Below the pieces are notes generated by a model, which made no database searches, had not been told where the DNA came from, and worked only from the letters and a program-made list of their open reading frames with translations. A stretch of 64,000 nt of DNA, taken from contig DATDHE010000588.1 in the NCBI GenBank assembly GCA_036521695.1, positions 3,752 through 67,751 on the forward strand, given 5' to 3'. Positions 26,795 through 36,465 of this stretch are shown here, one piece after another. How positions within the stretch are numbered: position 1 is the first letter of the stretch; each line of letters opens with the position of its first letter. The stretch comes from Candidatus Acidiferrum sp. (GTDB lineage: Bacteria; Acidobacteriota; Terriglobia; Acidiferrales; UBA7541). The position numbers and the translations under genes are program-made.

Positions 26795-27933
26795 TGAACC
26801 TCCCCGCGGCCGAGTGGCGTTACCAAGCGGTACGTCAGCGCCAGCGTCCAGACATTTCCGTTTCCTTGCGGGGCGAGTTGCCTCCCGTAACTGCTCATTG
26901 CGCGCAGTCCGTCCATGAAGTAGTAGTTCACACCGAACTCGAACATATTGGTGTTGACTGGCAGCACTGAATTGGCGAGTACCGGTCCGGTGAAGAACTG
27001 CTGCATGCGCGCTACCACCTGAGTGTGGCGCAGCTGGTTCTGGGCGAACGGTACCTGGGTGAGCCGATAGGCGGATTCCACCCAATAGCCGCCACCTACG
27101 CTCGAGCGCGCTGTTTCTGCACGGATATCTAGAGGCAGTTTGGGCGGCTGCCAAGCCATGTGAAACCCAAATAGATTTGAACGGTCGCCCTGCAAGAGGT
27201 GCTGGTACGAGCCCCCAATTTCAAGTCGAGCCTTGGGGATGAAAATGCCGGCGCGGCCCCCGGCGAACCGATTGGAGTCCATTGGAGAGACCGTCAGAAG
27301 TGTCGAATAGTAGACAGCGTAGTTGACGTTGAAATGCTCGTTGGCTTTGAATCCGCCGCGAATCATGGAGCCCGTGCTCGCGTTGCTCGGGCCGATTCCG
27401 ATCGGGAGAGTTAGCGGGTCGCTCGCCAGATTCCTAATCCAAACGGGATAGAGCCGTTCATTGAAAATTCCGAAGGGGGTCAGGAATCTGCCTACCGTCA
27501 CTGTCATGTATGGACTGGCGATGAAGTCGAGCTGCGCGTATTCTTCCTCTTTTTGAACCATGCCATGGAACCCGCTCAGGCCTGGTTGCTGGACAAGATC
27601 CGATTCGAAGGTCCCCCGCGCCTCAAACAGCCACCGCTCGCCAAACGGCACAAGCAACACGGGAGTGAGCAGCGGATGGATATGCGTTTCGCCAGCGTCA
27701 AAGACCGTTTGAAATGCCGCCGATGTCTGTAGAACGGGAACCGGTGTGATTGCTTCCGGATCCTGCCGCTGATTGTAGGACGATTGCGAGTTCGACGGGG
27801 AGTCCGTCGATTGCGCGAAGACTTGTCCTGCGGAGAAGGCCTGCAAGAGCAAGGCAGTAGCGAAAAGGAGCCAGCAACGATGGCGCGTGAGGATTAAAGC
27901 TTGGCGCCAACGATTGGAGAAAGGTGAGACCAT
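26791..27933 (-). CDS. Outer-membrane beta-barrel / porin-like protein
   Basis: Signal peptide; amphipathic beta-strands (YAQLDF, VTVGRFLTPFG, FEFGVNYY, WTLALTYRL). Confidence 0.7.
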   Translation of the reverse strand: MVSPFSNRWRQALILTRHRCWLLFATALLLQAFSAGQVFAQSTDSPSNSQSSYNQRQDPEAITPVPVLQTSAAFQTVFDAGETHIHPLLTPVLLVPFGERWLFEARGTFESDLVQQPGLSGFHGMVQKEEEYAQLDFIASPYMTVTVGRFLTPFGIFNERLYPVWIRNLASDPLTLPIGIGPSNASTGSMIRGGFKANEHFNVNYAVYYSTLLTVSPMDSNRFAGGRAGIFIPKARLEIGGSYQHLLQGDRSNLFGFHMAWQPPKLPLDIRAETARSSVGGGYWVESAYRLTQVPFAQNQLRHTQVVARMQQFFTGPVLANSVLPVNTNMFEFGVNYYFMDGLRAMSSYGRQLAPQGNGNVWTLALTYRLVTPLGRGEVQ

Positions 27934-28560
27934 GGTTTCGCGTTTGGAACAGAGGTACCCAGCCGGCTCATGTTGATGGGCCAGCGCAAGGGCGACCGAG
28001 CTCCTCGTTAAGTAGCGCATGAATCGCCTAACCGTTTCTAATTCAACTTAGTTAGCATTGCCTTCCTCCCCTGGCGGGTCAAACCAATATCAAGGTATTT
28101 GTGCCGTTCTCATTATTTCCATATAGGCGCAAGCTCAGACCGAATTGACAAATCCTTGGGATAGGTCGGCAGGAGAAGTGCCAGGTACATTCGGCAACCG
28201 GATTGGCGTGCAGATAAATCCCTGAGCAAACGCTGAGATCGGGACGATAATCCACCCCAGAATGTAAGCGGAAATAGTGACAGGAAACTCTTAGCCATCC
28301 GGGTCTGAAGGTTTCGACAAATCTCATCGCGAGGATGCCCTCCATCTTGGGTGTGAACTGTCGGACTTCGATATTGACAGGCTTGCTGACACTTCGAATT
28401 AGCGTTCACCAAATGACGCCAATGTTAGAACTTAACCCCTGATTCGCGTCAACGGACATCCAGCTTGGGACAATTCCCATGTCCCCGGTGCGCTTGTCAA
28501 AGTGTTTGCCACACCGTAAAGTGGAACGTTTGTTGCAGAGCGGATTTACCTGGTAGCGCA

Positions 28561-29493
28561 ATGGCAACGAAAAAGAAGATGCGAAAAATTGGGAAGACGC
28601 AAGCGACACGTCAAACGGTGGGAAAGTCGCCAGCTTTTACCGCTGGGGAGTGGTTCGAGAAGCTTGCGGCGGTGCAGGCGCAGCTTCGGGCGCCGCATGG
28701 TTGTCCTTGGGACCGCGAGCAGACTCACGCATCCCTGCGGACTTACCTAATCGAGGAGGCTTACGAAGTTCTGGAAGCGCTCGAGAGTGGCGATGACACC
28801 AAGTTCGCGGAAGAGATGGGGGACCTGCTGCTGCAGATCGTGTTTCATTCGCAGATTGCGAAGGAAGAGGGGCGGTTTAGCGTTTCCGATGTCATTCGCG
28901 AAGTGCACGATAAGATGGTCAGACGGCATCCGCATGTTTTTGGCAAAAAGCGAGCGAAAGATTCCGCGGAAGTGCTGAAGAATTGGGAACAGATTAAGAA
29001 AGAGGAGCGCGCGGCTGCGGGCAAGAAGACGCCGGATGCTTCGCAGCAAGAGGGAAAAGTTGGCTCGCTTATGGATGGAGTCTCGCGAGCTTTGCCTGCG
29101 GCGCTGGAAGGATTCCAGTTAACGCGGCGGGCGGCGCGGATTGGATTTGATTGGGACAATGTCGAAGGGGTGTTCGACAAAATGGGTGAAGAGGGTGGCG
29201 AACTTCGTCAGGCGGTGAGTGCGAAAGATGCAAGGCGAACGGAGGAGGAGATGGGGGATTTACTTTTTGCGGCGGTGAATCTCGCTCGTTTTCTGCACGT
29301 CGATCCGGAAATCGCCCTGAAGAGAGCTAACGCGAAGTTCTCTGCACGATTCCGGCGGATGGAGGATTTGGCTGCGAAGAGCGGAAGCGCGCTGGCGGAT
29401 GTTCCCCGGGCGCAAATGGAAGAGTTCTGGGAATCGGCAAAACGCGCCGAAAAAAGTCATTCGCGAAAGTCGGTGGAGGTTCGCAAAGCCTGA
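28561..29493 (+). CDS. mazG: Nucleoside triphosphate pyrophosphohydrolase MazG
   Basis: GCPWDREQT, EEAYEV, EEMGDLL twice, RRHPHVFG, GFDW. Confidence 0.95.
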   Translation: MATKKKMRKIGKTQATRQTVGKSPAFTAGEWFEKLAAVQAQLRAPHGCPWDREQTHASLRTYLIEEAYEVLEALESGDDTKFAEEMGDLLLQIVFHSQIAKEEGRFSVSDVIREVHDKMVRRHPHVFGKKRAKDSAEVLKNWEQIKKEERAAAGKKTPDASQQEGKVGSLMDGVSRALPAALEGFQLTRRAARIGFDWDNVEGVFDKMGEEGGELRQAVSAKDARRTEEEMGDLLFAAVNLARFLHVDPEIALKRANAKFSARFRRMEDLAAKSGSALADVPRAQMEEFWESAKRAEKSHSRKSVEVRKA

Positions 29494-30233
29494 TGAGCGA
29501 GGGGATCGTCGTCCGAGAATGTGAGGGTATTGAGGAATTTCAGCGATGCGTTGCGTTGCAAAGAGAGATTTGGGACGAAGAGGACCTCGAAGTCGAGCCG
29601 GCAACGCTGTTCGTGGTGGCGGAGGAAACGGGCGGGCAGGTTCTTGGAGCGTTCCACGGGGAACGGTTGGTCGGATACACGCTGGCGCTCGTGGGATTTG
29701 CTGACGGGACTGTGTTTCTTCATTCGCACATGACAGGCGTGCACGGGGATTATCGCGACCGTGGAGTTGGGCGGGCGCTGAAACTCTATCAACGCGAGGA
29801 AGCATTGGGGCGGGGGATTCGGCTGATCGTTTGGACGTTTGATCCGCTTGAAATGCGAAATGCCCATTTTAATTTGAACCGGCTGGGAGCGATTTCCAGG
29901 AAATATCTTCCGAACCTCTACGGTCTAACTACCAGCCCGCTGCATCTGGGGCTTCCGACCGACCGGCTTTGGGCGGAGTGGCAGCTGGATTCGGCGCGTG
30001 TGGTGGCGGCTGTGTCGGAATTGGCGAGAGAGCCGGCGGCGTCTCCGGCGACGATTGCGTTACCGGCGGAACTTGATCGCTGGAAACAGAGCGATAGGGC
30101 CGCAGTGGCAAGAGTGCAGGCGAGGATACGTGAAGAGTTTTCGGCTTGGTTTGCGCGCGGGTATGCGGCAGTTGGCGTGAGGAAATCGGCGGCGGGCATG
30201 GCGTATTTACTGGCGCCGTGGGGCGATTTTTAG
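29493..30233 (+). CDS. GNAT acyltransferase of the type paired with NSAR/OSBS (putative D-amino acid N-succinyltransferase)
   Basis: LHSHMTGV, GVGRALK, WTFDPL..RNAHFNL..LGA, LPTDRL.AEW. Confidence 0.8.
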   Translation: MSEGIVVRECEGIEEFQRCVALQREIWDEEDLEVEPATLFVVAEETGGQVLGAFHGERLVGYTLALVGFADGTVFLHSHMTGVHGDYRDRGVGRALKLYQREEALGRGIRLIVWTFDPLEMRNAHFNLNRLGAISRKYLPNLYGLTTSPLHLGLPTDRLWAEWQLDSARVVAAVSELAREPAASPATIALPAELDRWKQSDRAAVARVQARIREEFSAWFARGYAAVGVRKSAAGMAYLLAPWGDF

Positions 30234-30337
30234 TCTGGCCCAGCGGAAGGCAGGGGACCTTCCAGGGTGAACAAGACCTCCCCTACGAGGATTGGATAGA
30301 GTTTTTCTTGGACGCGAAGCTGGAGAAAAAAAGGACG

Positions 30338-31441
30338 ATGCGCATACAAGAAGTAATTTTGCGGGAACTGCGGATGAAGCTGATCGCTCCGTTCGAAACG
30401 AGTTCGGAGCGAACCGAAGAGAGGCGCATCATCCTGACGGAAGTCATCACAGCGGACGCGATTGGTTGGGGTGAATGCGTGGCTGGGGAGAATCCGTTTT
30501 ACAGTTCGGAGACGACTGAAACGGCGTGGATTGTGATGCGTGATTTCCTTTGGCCGATGATTTACGGGAAAGAGTTCGCGGCGGCTGACGTGTGTGGGAT
30601 GCTGGAACAAGTGCGCGGGCACAACATGGCTAAAGCTGCGCTGGAAGCCGCGATTTGGGACGCGGAGGCTAAGCAGAAGGGCGTGCCGCTTTCGAAGCTG
30701 CTTGGCGGAACGCGGGAAGAGATCTCGAGCGGAGTATCGATTGGGATTAAGGATTCGCTGGATGAGCTGGCGGCCGCCGTTAAGAAGGAACTGGCAGCTG
30801 GTTATCAGCGAATCAAAATAAAAATTAAGCCGGGGAAAGAGTTGCCGCAGGTGAAGCGGCTGCGCGAGGAGTTTCCGGGAATTAAGCTGATGGTAGATGC
30901 CAACTCGGCTTACCAGATAGGGGATTGGCCGCTGTTGAAACAGCTGGAAAGCTTTTATTTGATGATGATTGAACAGCCGCTTGGCTGGGATGATTTGTTC
31001 GGCCACGTGGAGCTGCAGAAGAAGCTCAATACGCCGATTTGTCTGGACGAGTGCATTCACACCGAAGAGCAGGCGCGGGCGGCGATTCTCTTGGGGGCCT
31101 GCAAGATTATCAACATCAAGATGGGGCGCGTCGGCGGTTACGCCGTGGCGAAGCGGATTCATGATTTATGCCAGGAGAATGGAATGCCGGTGTGGTGCGG
31201 TGGAATGCTGGAGTCTGGAATCGGGCGGGCGCACAACATTGCGCTTTCGACGCTGCCCAACTTTACGCTGCCGGGAGACATTAGCGCCAGCAAGCGCTAT
31301 TGGGCCGAGGACATTATCGAGCCGGAAGTGACGGTCTCGGCGCAGGGGACCATCCGAGTGCCGACGGGGCCGGGCATCGGATTCCAGCCGAGGCGCGAGC
31401 GAATTGAAAAACTGACGGTGCGGAAAGAACGGTTGGTCTGA
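30338..31441 (+). CDS. menC: o-succinylbenzoate synthase / N-succinylamino acid racemase (NSAR/OSBS subfamily)
   Basis: PFETS, RIKIKIKP, VDANSAY, IEQP, LDE, NIKMGRVGG, CGGMLESG, LPGDIS. Confidence 0.85.
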   Translation: MRIQEVILRELRMKLIAPFETSSERTEERRIILTEVITADAIGWGECVAGENPFYSSETTETAWIVMRDFLWPMIYGKEFAAADVCGMLEQVRGHNMAKAALEAAIWDAEAKQKGVPLSKLLGGTREEISSGVSIGIKDSLDELAAAVKKELAAGYQRIKIKIKPGKELPQVKRLREEFPGIKLMVDANSAYQIGDWPLLKQLESFYLMMIEQPLGWDDLFGHVELQKKLNTPICLDECIHTEEQARAAILLGACKIINIKMGRVGGYAVAKRIHDLCQENGMPVWCGGMLESGIGRAHNIALSTLPNFTLPGDISASKRYWAEDIIEPEVTVSAQGTIRVPTGPGIGFQPRRERIEKLTVRKERLV

Positions 31442-31445
31442 AGAC

Positions 31446-32408
31446 GTGCTGGTCGAGTCTTCCAAGGGGCGCCCGCCCAGCCGCCTGGTCATAGCCTCGC
31501 TGATCGCCATTGTAGTTGTGATTTGGGCGGTCAATTTTATTGCCGCGAAGATCGGTTTGCGGTCATTCCAACCTTTGACTATGGCTTCCTTCCGCGTGTG
31601 TGCCGCTGGCGTGGTCATGATTCCTTTTTATCTATGCGTTAAACGTTTGCGGTTGCCAGCCTTTGCTGAAGCCGCGGCTGCCCGCAAACAGGGATTCACG
31701 CGGCGCGACGCTTGGACATTTCTTTACTTGGGATTTTTCGGCGTTAGCGTGAATCAGTTCTGTTTCACGTTGGGGTTGCACTATACCTCAGTGAGCCATT
31801 CGGCGGTCATTGTTGGAATGGGACCGATTTACACGCTGATCCTTGCCGTGCTGCTGCGTTTGGAACGGGCGACCTGGCACAAGGCTGTGGGCATGGCTAT
31901 TGCGTTCACGGGGATCGCTGTGCTGGCTTCGGAACATGGCATCAGCGCGCACTCGCCCTCGTTGCTTGGTGATGCCATTACCATGACCGGTTCGGTGGGA
32001 TTCGCAACATATGCGGTTCTCGGAAAGAGCGTGGCCGGCGAGTACGACGCACTGACGATGACCGCCTACAACCATTTTGCGGGTGCTCTTATATTGCTTC
32101 CGCTGGCTGTGCATCAGGCATGGACGCTGGGGGTGGCAGGGAACTGGCACGCCGTGCCGTGGCAGGCGTGGGCCGCGATTCTATACATGGGATTGTTAGG
32201 GTCGGCGGTCGCGTACGTCCTTTATTACTGGCTGTTGCGCTATCTCGAAGCTTCGCAGCTGAGCGCCTTCACCTACCTGCTGCCGGTCCTGGCATCGATC
32301 CTCGGTATTCTGACCTTGGGCGAGAAGGGTTCTTGGACGCAGGTATTGGGCGGCGGGCTCGCGTTGGGTGGTGTCTATTGGACGGAATCCGGCAGGGCCT
32401 ATAAGTAG
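31446..32408 (+). CDS. DMT/EamA family transporter
   Basis: 10 TM segments in two EamA repeats, GLHYTS, YLLPV..GEK. Confidence 0.88.
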   Translation: MLVESSKGRPPSRLVIASLIAIVVVIWAVNFIAAKIGLRSFQPLTMASFRVCAAGVVMIPFYLCVKRLRLPAFAEAAAARKQGFTRRDAWTFLYLGFFGVSVNQFCFTLGLHYTSVSHSAVIVGMGPIYTLILAVLLRLERATWHKAVGMAIAFTGIAVLASEHGISAHSPSLLGDAITMTGSVGFATYAVLGKSVAGEYDALTMTAYNHFAGALILLPLAVHQAWTLGVAGNWHAVPWQAWAAILYMGLLGSAVAYVLYYWLLRYLEASQLSAFTYLLPVLASILGILTLGEKGSWTQVLGGGLALGGVYWTESGRAYK

Positions 32409-32579
32409 CCGAACGTCGAAGTCTCGGCCTGTCTAACGGGTTGGTTAAATATGAGCCCGCACCACGTTGCGTTGACCGGCTTTGTGGAGCGTGTTAGGTT
32501 GCCGAGACTTGCTCCGTCTTGCTGACGAAAGGTGCGCTTGGAGAAAAAGCAGGGTCAGCGCCGAGAGGCTGTTCTTCGC

Positions 32580-33695
32580 ATGACGACGAAACCGACTAAC
32601 TTGTCTGGCAAGATGCCTTTGCGATGGGGCGGGGAAGCTGCGCGTATTGCGGTAATTCCTGGCGATGGTATCGGTAAGGAAGTGACGCCTGAGGCGGTCA
32701 AAGTGTTGCGGGCGGTGACGGCGCCGGCGAAACGGCCGCTGGAGTTTGTGGAATTTGACTGGGGGGCTGACAGATATCTTAAGGACGGAGTGTCCTTGCC
32801 TGCAGGGGCGGTTGAAATGCTGCGGGACGAGTTCGACGCGATCCTGTTTGGGGCTTTAGGCGACCCGCGGGTTCCTTCCAACCAGCACGCTGCGGACATT
32901 TTGCTGGGATTGCGCTTCAAGCTGGACCTTTATGTGAATGCGCGACCCGTGGAGCTGCTGCATGAGCGGTTGACGCCTTTGCGCGATCGCATCGAAAAAG
33001 ACATCCAGTTAATGGTCTTTCGGGAGAACACGGAAGGGCTCTACGTTGGCGTGGGAGGCTTCTTCAAGAAGGGGACCGCGGATGAAATTGCGATGCAGGA
33101 GGACGTCAACTCGCGGAAGGGCGTCGAGCGGATCATCCGGTATGCATACGATTATGCCCGACAGAACGGATTGAAGCGCGTTTGCATGAGCGACAAGTCG
33201 AACGCGATGGCTTTCGCGCATGACCTGTGGCAGCGAGTGTTCAAGGAAGTTAAACAGGAGTACCCGAAGATCGAATCGCGCCACCTGTATATCGACACTC
33301 TGGCGATGGAGATTGTGCGAGACCCTTCGCAGTTTGACGTGATTGTGACTTGCAACCTGTTTGGGGATATTGTGAGCGACCTAGGGGCTCAGCTTGCCGG
33401 CGGGCTTGGGCTGGCACCTTCGGGGAATATTCATCCTGACAGAACTTCGCTCTTCGAGCCAGTGCATGGCTCCGCGCCGAACATTGCCGGGAAGGGGATC
33501 GCGAACCCGTTTGGATCTGTGCTGGCTTCGGCGATGATGCTCGATTTTCTTGGGTGGAAACAGGAAGCTCAAGTTTTACGCGAAGGGGTGAGAGTCGCGT
33601 TGAAAGAGAATTTCGTTACGCCTGATCTCGGTGGAGTTAAACAAACGGTTGAAGTTGGAGATTGGCTCGCGCGCTTCGCAGGAAAGACACAGTAA
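32580..33695 (+). CDS. Isocitrate/isopropylmalate/tartrate dehydrogenase-family protein
   Basis: IPGDGIGKEV, RENTEG, KSN, NLFGDIVSD, FEPVHGSAP, TPDLGG. Confidence 0.88.
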   Translation: MTTKPTNLSGKMPLRWGGEAARIAVIPGDGIGKEVTPEAVKVLRAVTAPAKRPLEFVEFDWGADRYLKDGVSLPAGAVEMLRDEFDAILFGALGDPRVPSNQHAADILLGLRFKLDLYVNARPVELLHERLTPLRDRIEKDIQLMVFRENTEGLYVGVGGFFKKGTADEIAMQEDVNSRKGVERIIRYAYDYARQNGLKRVCMSDKSNAMAFAHDLWQRVFKEVKQEYPKIESRHLYIDTLAMEIVRDPSQFDVIVTCNLFGDIVSDLGAQLAGGLGLAPSGNIHPDRTSLFEPVHGSAPNIAGKGIANPFGSVLASAMMLDFLGWKQEAQVLREGVRVALKENFVTPDLGGVKQTVEVGDWLARFAGKTQ

Positions 33696-33743
33696 TTGTA
33701 ATTAGAGCAAGACTTCAGGTGCTTGGACGTCCGGATTTACTGG

Positions 33744-34424
33744 TTAAGTATAGTTCACGCTTTGCTTTCGATCTGCCAGACTCAATCCTGTAATCACCAT
33801 ACCCATTAAGAATCCGCCGATGTGTGCCCACCAGGCGACGCCCCCTGTGGCTACCGCCCCGACAGAACTGACTCCGGCCAGGAACTGAAGGAGGAACCAA
33901 TAGCCTAAAATGATGAAGGCTGGAATCGGGATGAAGAAAATGAAGACAAGCGTCAAAACTCGAGCGCGCGGATAGAGGACGATGTAGGCCCCCATGACGC
34001 CGGAGATGGCGCCGCTGGCTCCGAGCGCTGGAAGGGGGGAGCTGTAATTAAAAACAATGTGCGCGAGACCCGAACCGATACCGCACGCAAAGTAGAAGAG
34101 AAGGTAGGGGAAGTGGCCGAAGTAGTCTTCGACGTTATCGCCGAAGATCCAGAGGAAGAGCATGTTCCCGGCGATGTGCATGAAGCCGCTATGCATGAAC
34201 ATGCTGGTGAGGATGGTTAGGAGAGCGGCCTCCAGGTTGCCGTGGCCGTTGAGGGCCAAGCGGATGTGATTGGGGATAGTGGCATTGGCCAGCTCGAAGG
34301 CCTGCTGTTGGCGGTGAGACAGTGTAAGTTCGTAAAGAAAGACGATAACGTTCGTCAGAATAAGGAGGGTGTTGACGACCGGGTATGTCCGGCGAGGGTT
34401 CAGGTCTTTGAGAGGGATAAACAT
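33744..34424 (-). CDS. Rhomboid family intramembrane serine protease
   Basis: HIAGNMLFLWIFGDNVED, GASGAISG, AHIGGF. Confidence 0.93.
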   Translation of the reverse strand: MFIPLKDLNPRRTYPVVNTLLILTNVIVFLYELTLSHRQQQAFELANATIPNHIRLALNGHGNLEAALLTILTSMFMHSGFMHIAGNMLFLWIFGDNVEDYFGHFPYLLFYFACGIGSGLAHIVFNYSSPLPALGASGAISGVMGAYIVLYPRARVLTLVFIFFIPIPAFIILGYWFLLQFLAGVSSVGAVATGGVAWWAHIGGFLMGMVITGLSLADRKQSVNYT

Positions 34425-34448
34425 ACCGTTGAGCTGAAGGTGCGCCGG

Positions 34449-35381
34449 CTAGGGGAAAGCTGCGCGGTTTCGCTGGCCCTTGCGTTGCAGCTTTTCGATT
34501 CTGGGCAATTCCGAAATCCCCCCTCGCGCGCCTAGCGCTTCGCAGTTCAGGCCTGCGGCAGCGCAAGCGAAGTCCAGGATGCGCTGCAGCTCCCATCCGT
34601 TCAAGATGCCGTAGGAGAAACCGGCGTGAAAGAGGTCGCCTGCGCCCGTGGTGTCGGCGACGCGGACTTTGTAGGAAGGAGAATACCAGAAACGTCGGCC
34701 ATCCCAAGCGAGGGCGCCGTCAATCCCGAGCGTCGCACAAACAGCTCGGCAGCCGTAGGTTCGTTTGAGAAGCGGAAGCGCTTTGAGAAGATCGCGCTCG
34801 CCGGTAGCGGCGCTGGGCAAGTCGCGGGACGTGACCGGATAATCGACGAGAGGGAGAAGTCTCGTGAGTTGCGAGGACCAATGGTCGAAATCGGCAACGA
34901 CTGGGATGCTTTCTGCTCGAGCCCATGAGGCAGCTTTGCGGGTAGCAGCAGGATCGTGGCCATCAATGTAAAGAAGGCGTGCGGAGTGAACCCAGCTTTG
35001 TTGGAGAAAGGACGGGTGTATGGTGAGGCGAGGATCACGTCGCCAGACGATGGTGCGCTCACCGGACTGCGCTTCCACGAAAATGAAGGACATTTGACTC
35101 AGGGTTCTGGGAGTCCGGGCGAGATGGAAGGTGACGCGTTCACGCCGAAGGTCACGGCGGTGGAGTTCCGCCAGGTGGTCGTCGCCCACACAGCCGACGT
35201 AATGAGTGCGCAGCCCCCAGCGCTGGCAGGCGATAACGGTGGTGGCAACCTGGCCGCCAAGCATAATCTGCGCGTCGAGAGTTTCGACCTTTGAGCCGAG
35301 GGAGGGAAACTGAGGCACTTGCAGAACGGTATCGGCGGCGTTTTCGCCAATTCCAAGGATGTCGAATTTTTGAGAGCGCAT
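34449..35381 (-). CDS. PfkB family carbohydrate kinase
   Basis: GGQVAT, GCVGDD, GERTI, TLGIDG, DTTGAGDLF. Confidence 0.92.
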   Translation of the reverse strand: MRSQKFDILGIGENAADTVLQVPQFPSLGSKVETLDAQIMLGGQVATTVIACQRWGLRTHYVGCVGDDHLAELHRRDLRRERVTFHLARTPRTLSQMSFIFVEAQSGERTIVWRRDPRLTIHPSFLQQSWVHSARLLYIDGHDPAATRKAASWARAESIPVVADFDHWSSQLTRLLPLVDYPVTSRDLPSAATGERDLLKALPLLKRTYGCRAVCATLGIDGALAWDGRRFWYSPSYKVRVADTTGAGDLFHAGFSYGILNGWELQRILDFACAAAGLNCEALGARGGISELPRIEKLQRKGQRNRAAFP

Positions 35382-35724
35382 AGGCCGCTGTGCAGGGTAA
35401 CGGAAGAATGTGAAAATGCAAAGTAGGTTAAGGATTATCGTTGCGTCCGATAATTATGTGTGCGACGAGCCGCTGGTTAACAGAATCTGGCGGAGGTTTC
35501 TCGGCGCGTCGGTAGCGGTGCTGAGCGCAAAGCGCATCTCAAGTGCAGCTTCAGGTGGTGGGTCGTGCCTTTCTTTTTCTGAAGTGCTGCGCTTTATTTA
35601 TCTGTGAGGGGTTACCTAAGCATTGCGCAACGGTAGCGTGTATGGTAATTAAATTAGTTCTGCGTGCACGCGAATCGGATGTAGTTCTGCAATGTGTCCG
35701 GCGCGGCGTCAGCGCCGACAGCTC

Positions 35725-36465
35725 ATGCCTGCCAGGGAAACGGAAGCCATCATCTTGAAGACCTTTTCGCTGGGCGAGGCGGACCGCCTAGTGAGTTTTT
35801 TTGGAAGGACTTCGGGACGGATGCGCGGTGTCGCTTCCGGCGCACGGAGGATCATGAACCGCTACGGGTCAACGCTGGAGATTTTGTCGCACGTCCAGCT
35901 CTGGTATATCGAAAAAGAGACGAGGGACCTGGTGCGCATCCAGCAGTGCGAATTGCTCGAGTCGTTTCATAAGTCGCAAAGCGATTATCAGTTAAGCACC
36001 GGCCTGGCTGTGGTCAGCGAAGTTTCGGAGCAGGTTTTGCCGGAGCATGAAACGGCCGAGCCGATGTTCCGGCTGCTTCTGCTCACGGTGCGCGAAATTG
36101 AGCGTACGGGCGCATGGCGACTGCCTTTGAGTTATTTCGCATTCTGGACGGTGCGGCTCGGCGGCTGGCTCCCGCAGTTCGATCGTTGCGCGTCTTGTGG
36201 TGCAACCTTCGGTTCGCAAGCAGCGTTTCATGTACCCTGGGAGCCGGGGCTCTTTTGCGAGAAGTGCCGGCGCGGTGGCATGCGGTCTCTACATTTGGCG
36301 GCAAGGCAACTCGCCGAGCTCTTTGCAGGGGAGAAACTCGATAAGATAGAGTTCCTCTCTACGATACAACAGCCTGCGGCTGAGCTGCGGGAGGCTTCGC
36401 TGAATTGGATCGAACATCACACTGAGAAGCCACTGGCTACACGACAGCTTTTGGAGCCCACTTGA
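35725..36465 (+). CDS. recO: DNA repair protein RecO
   Basis: [14 protein letters not shown], Zn finger CASC...CEKC; precedes glyQS. Confidence 0.9.
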   Translation: MPARETEAIILKTFSLGEADRLVSFFGRTSGRMRGVASGARRIMNRYGSTLEILSHVQLWYIEKETRDLVRIQQCELLESFHKSQSDYQLSTGLAVVSEVSEQVLPEHETAEPMFRLLLLTVREIERTGAWRLPLSYFAFWTVRLGGWLPQFDRCASCGATFGSQAAFHVPWEPGLFCEKCRRGGMRSLHLAARQLAELFAGEKLDKIEFLSTIQQPAAELREASLNWIEHHTEKPLATRQLLEPT

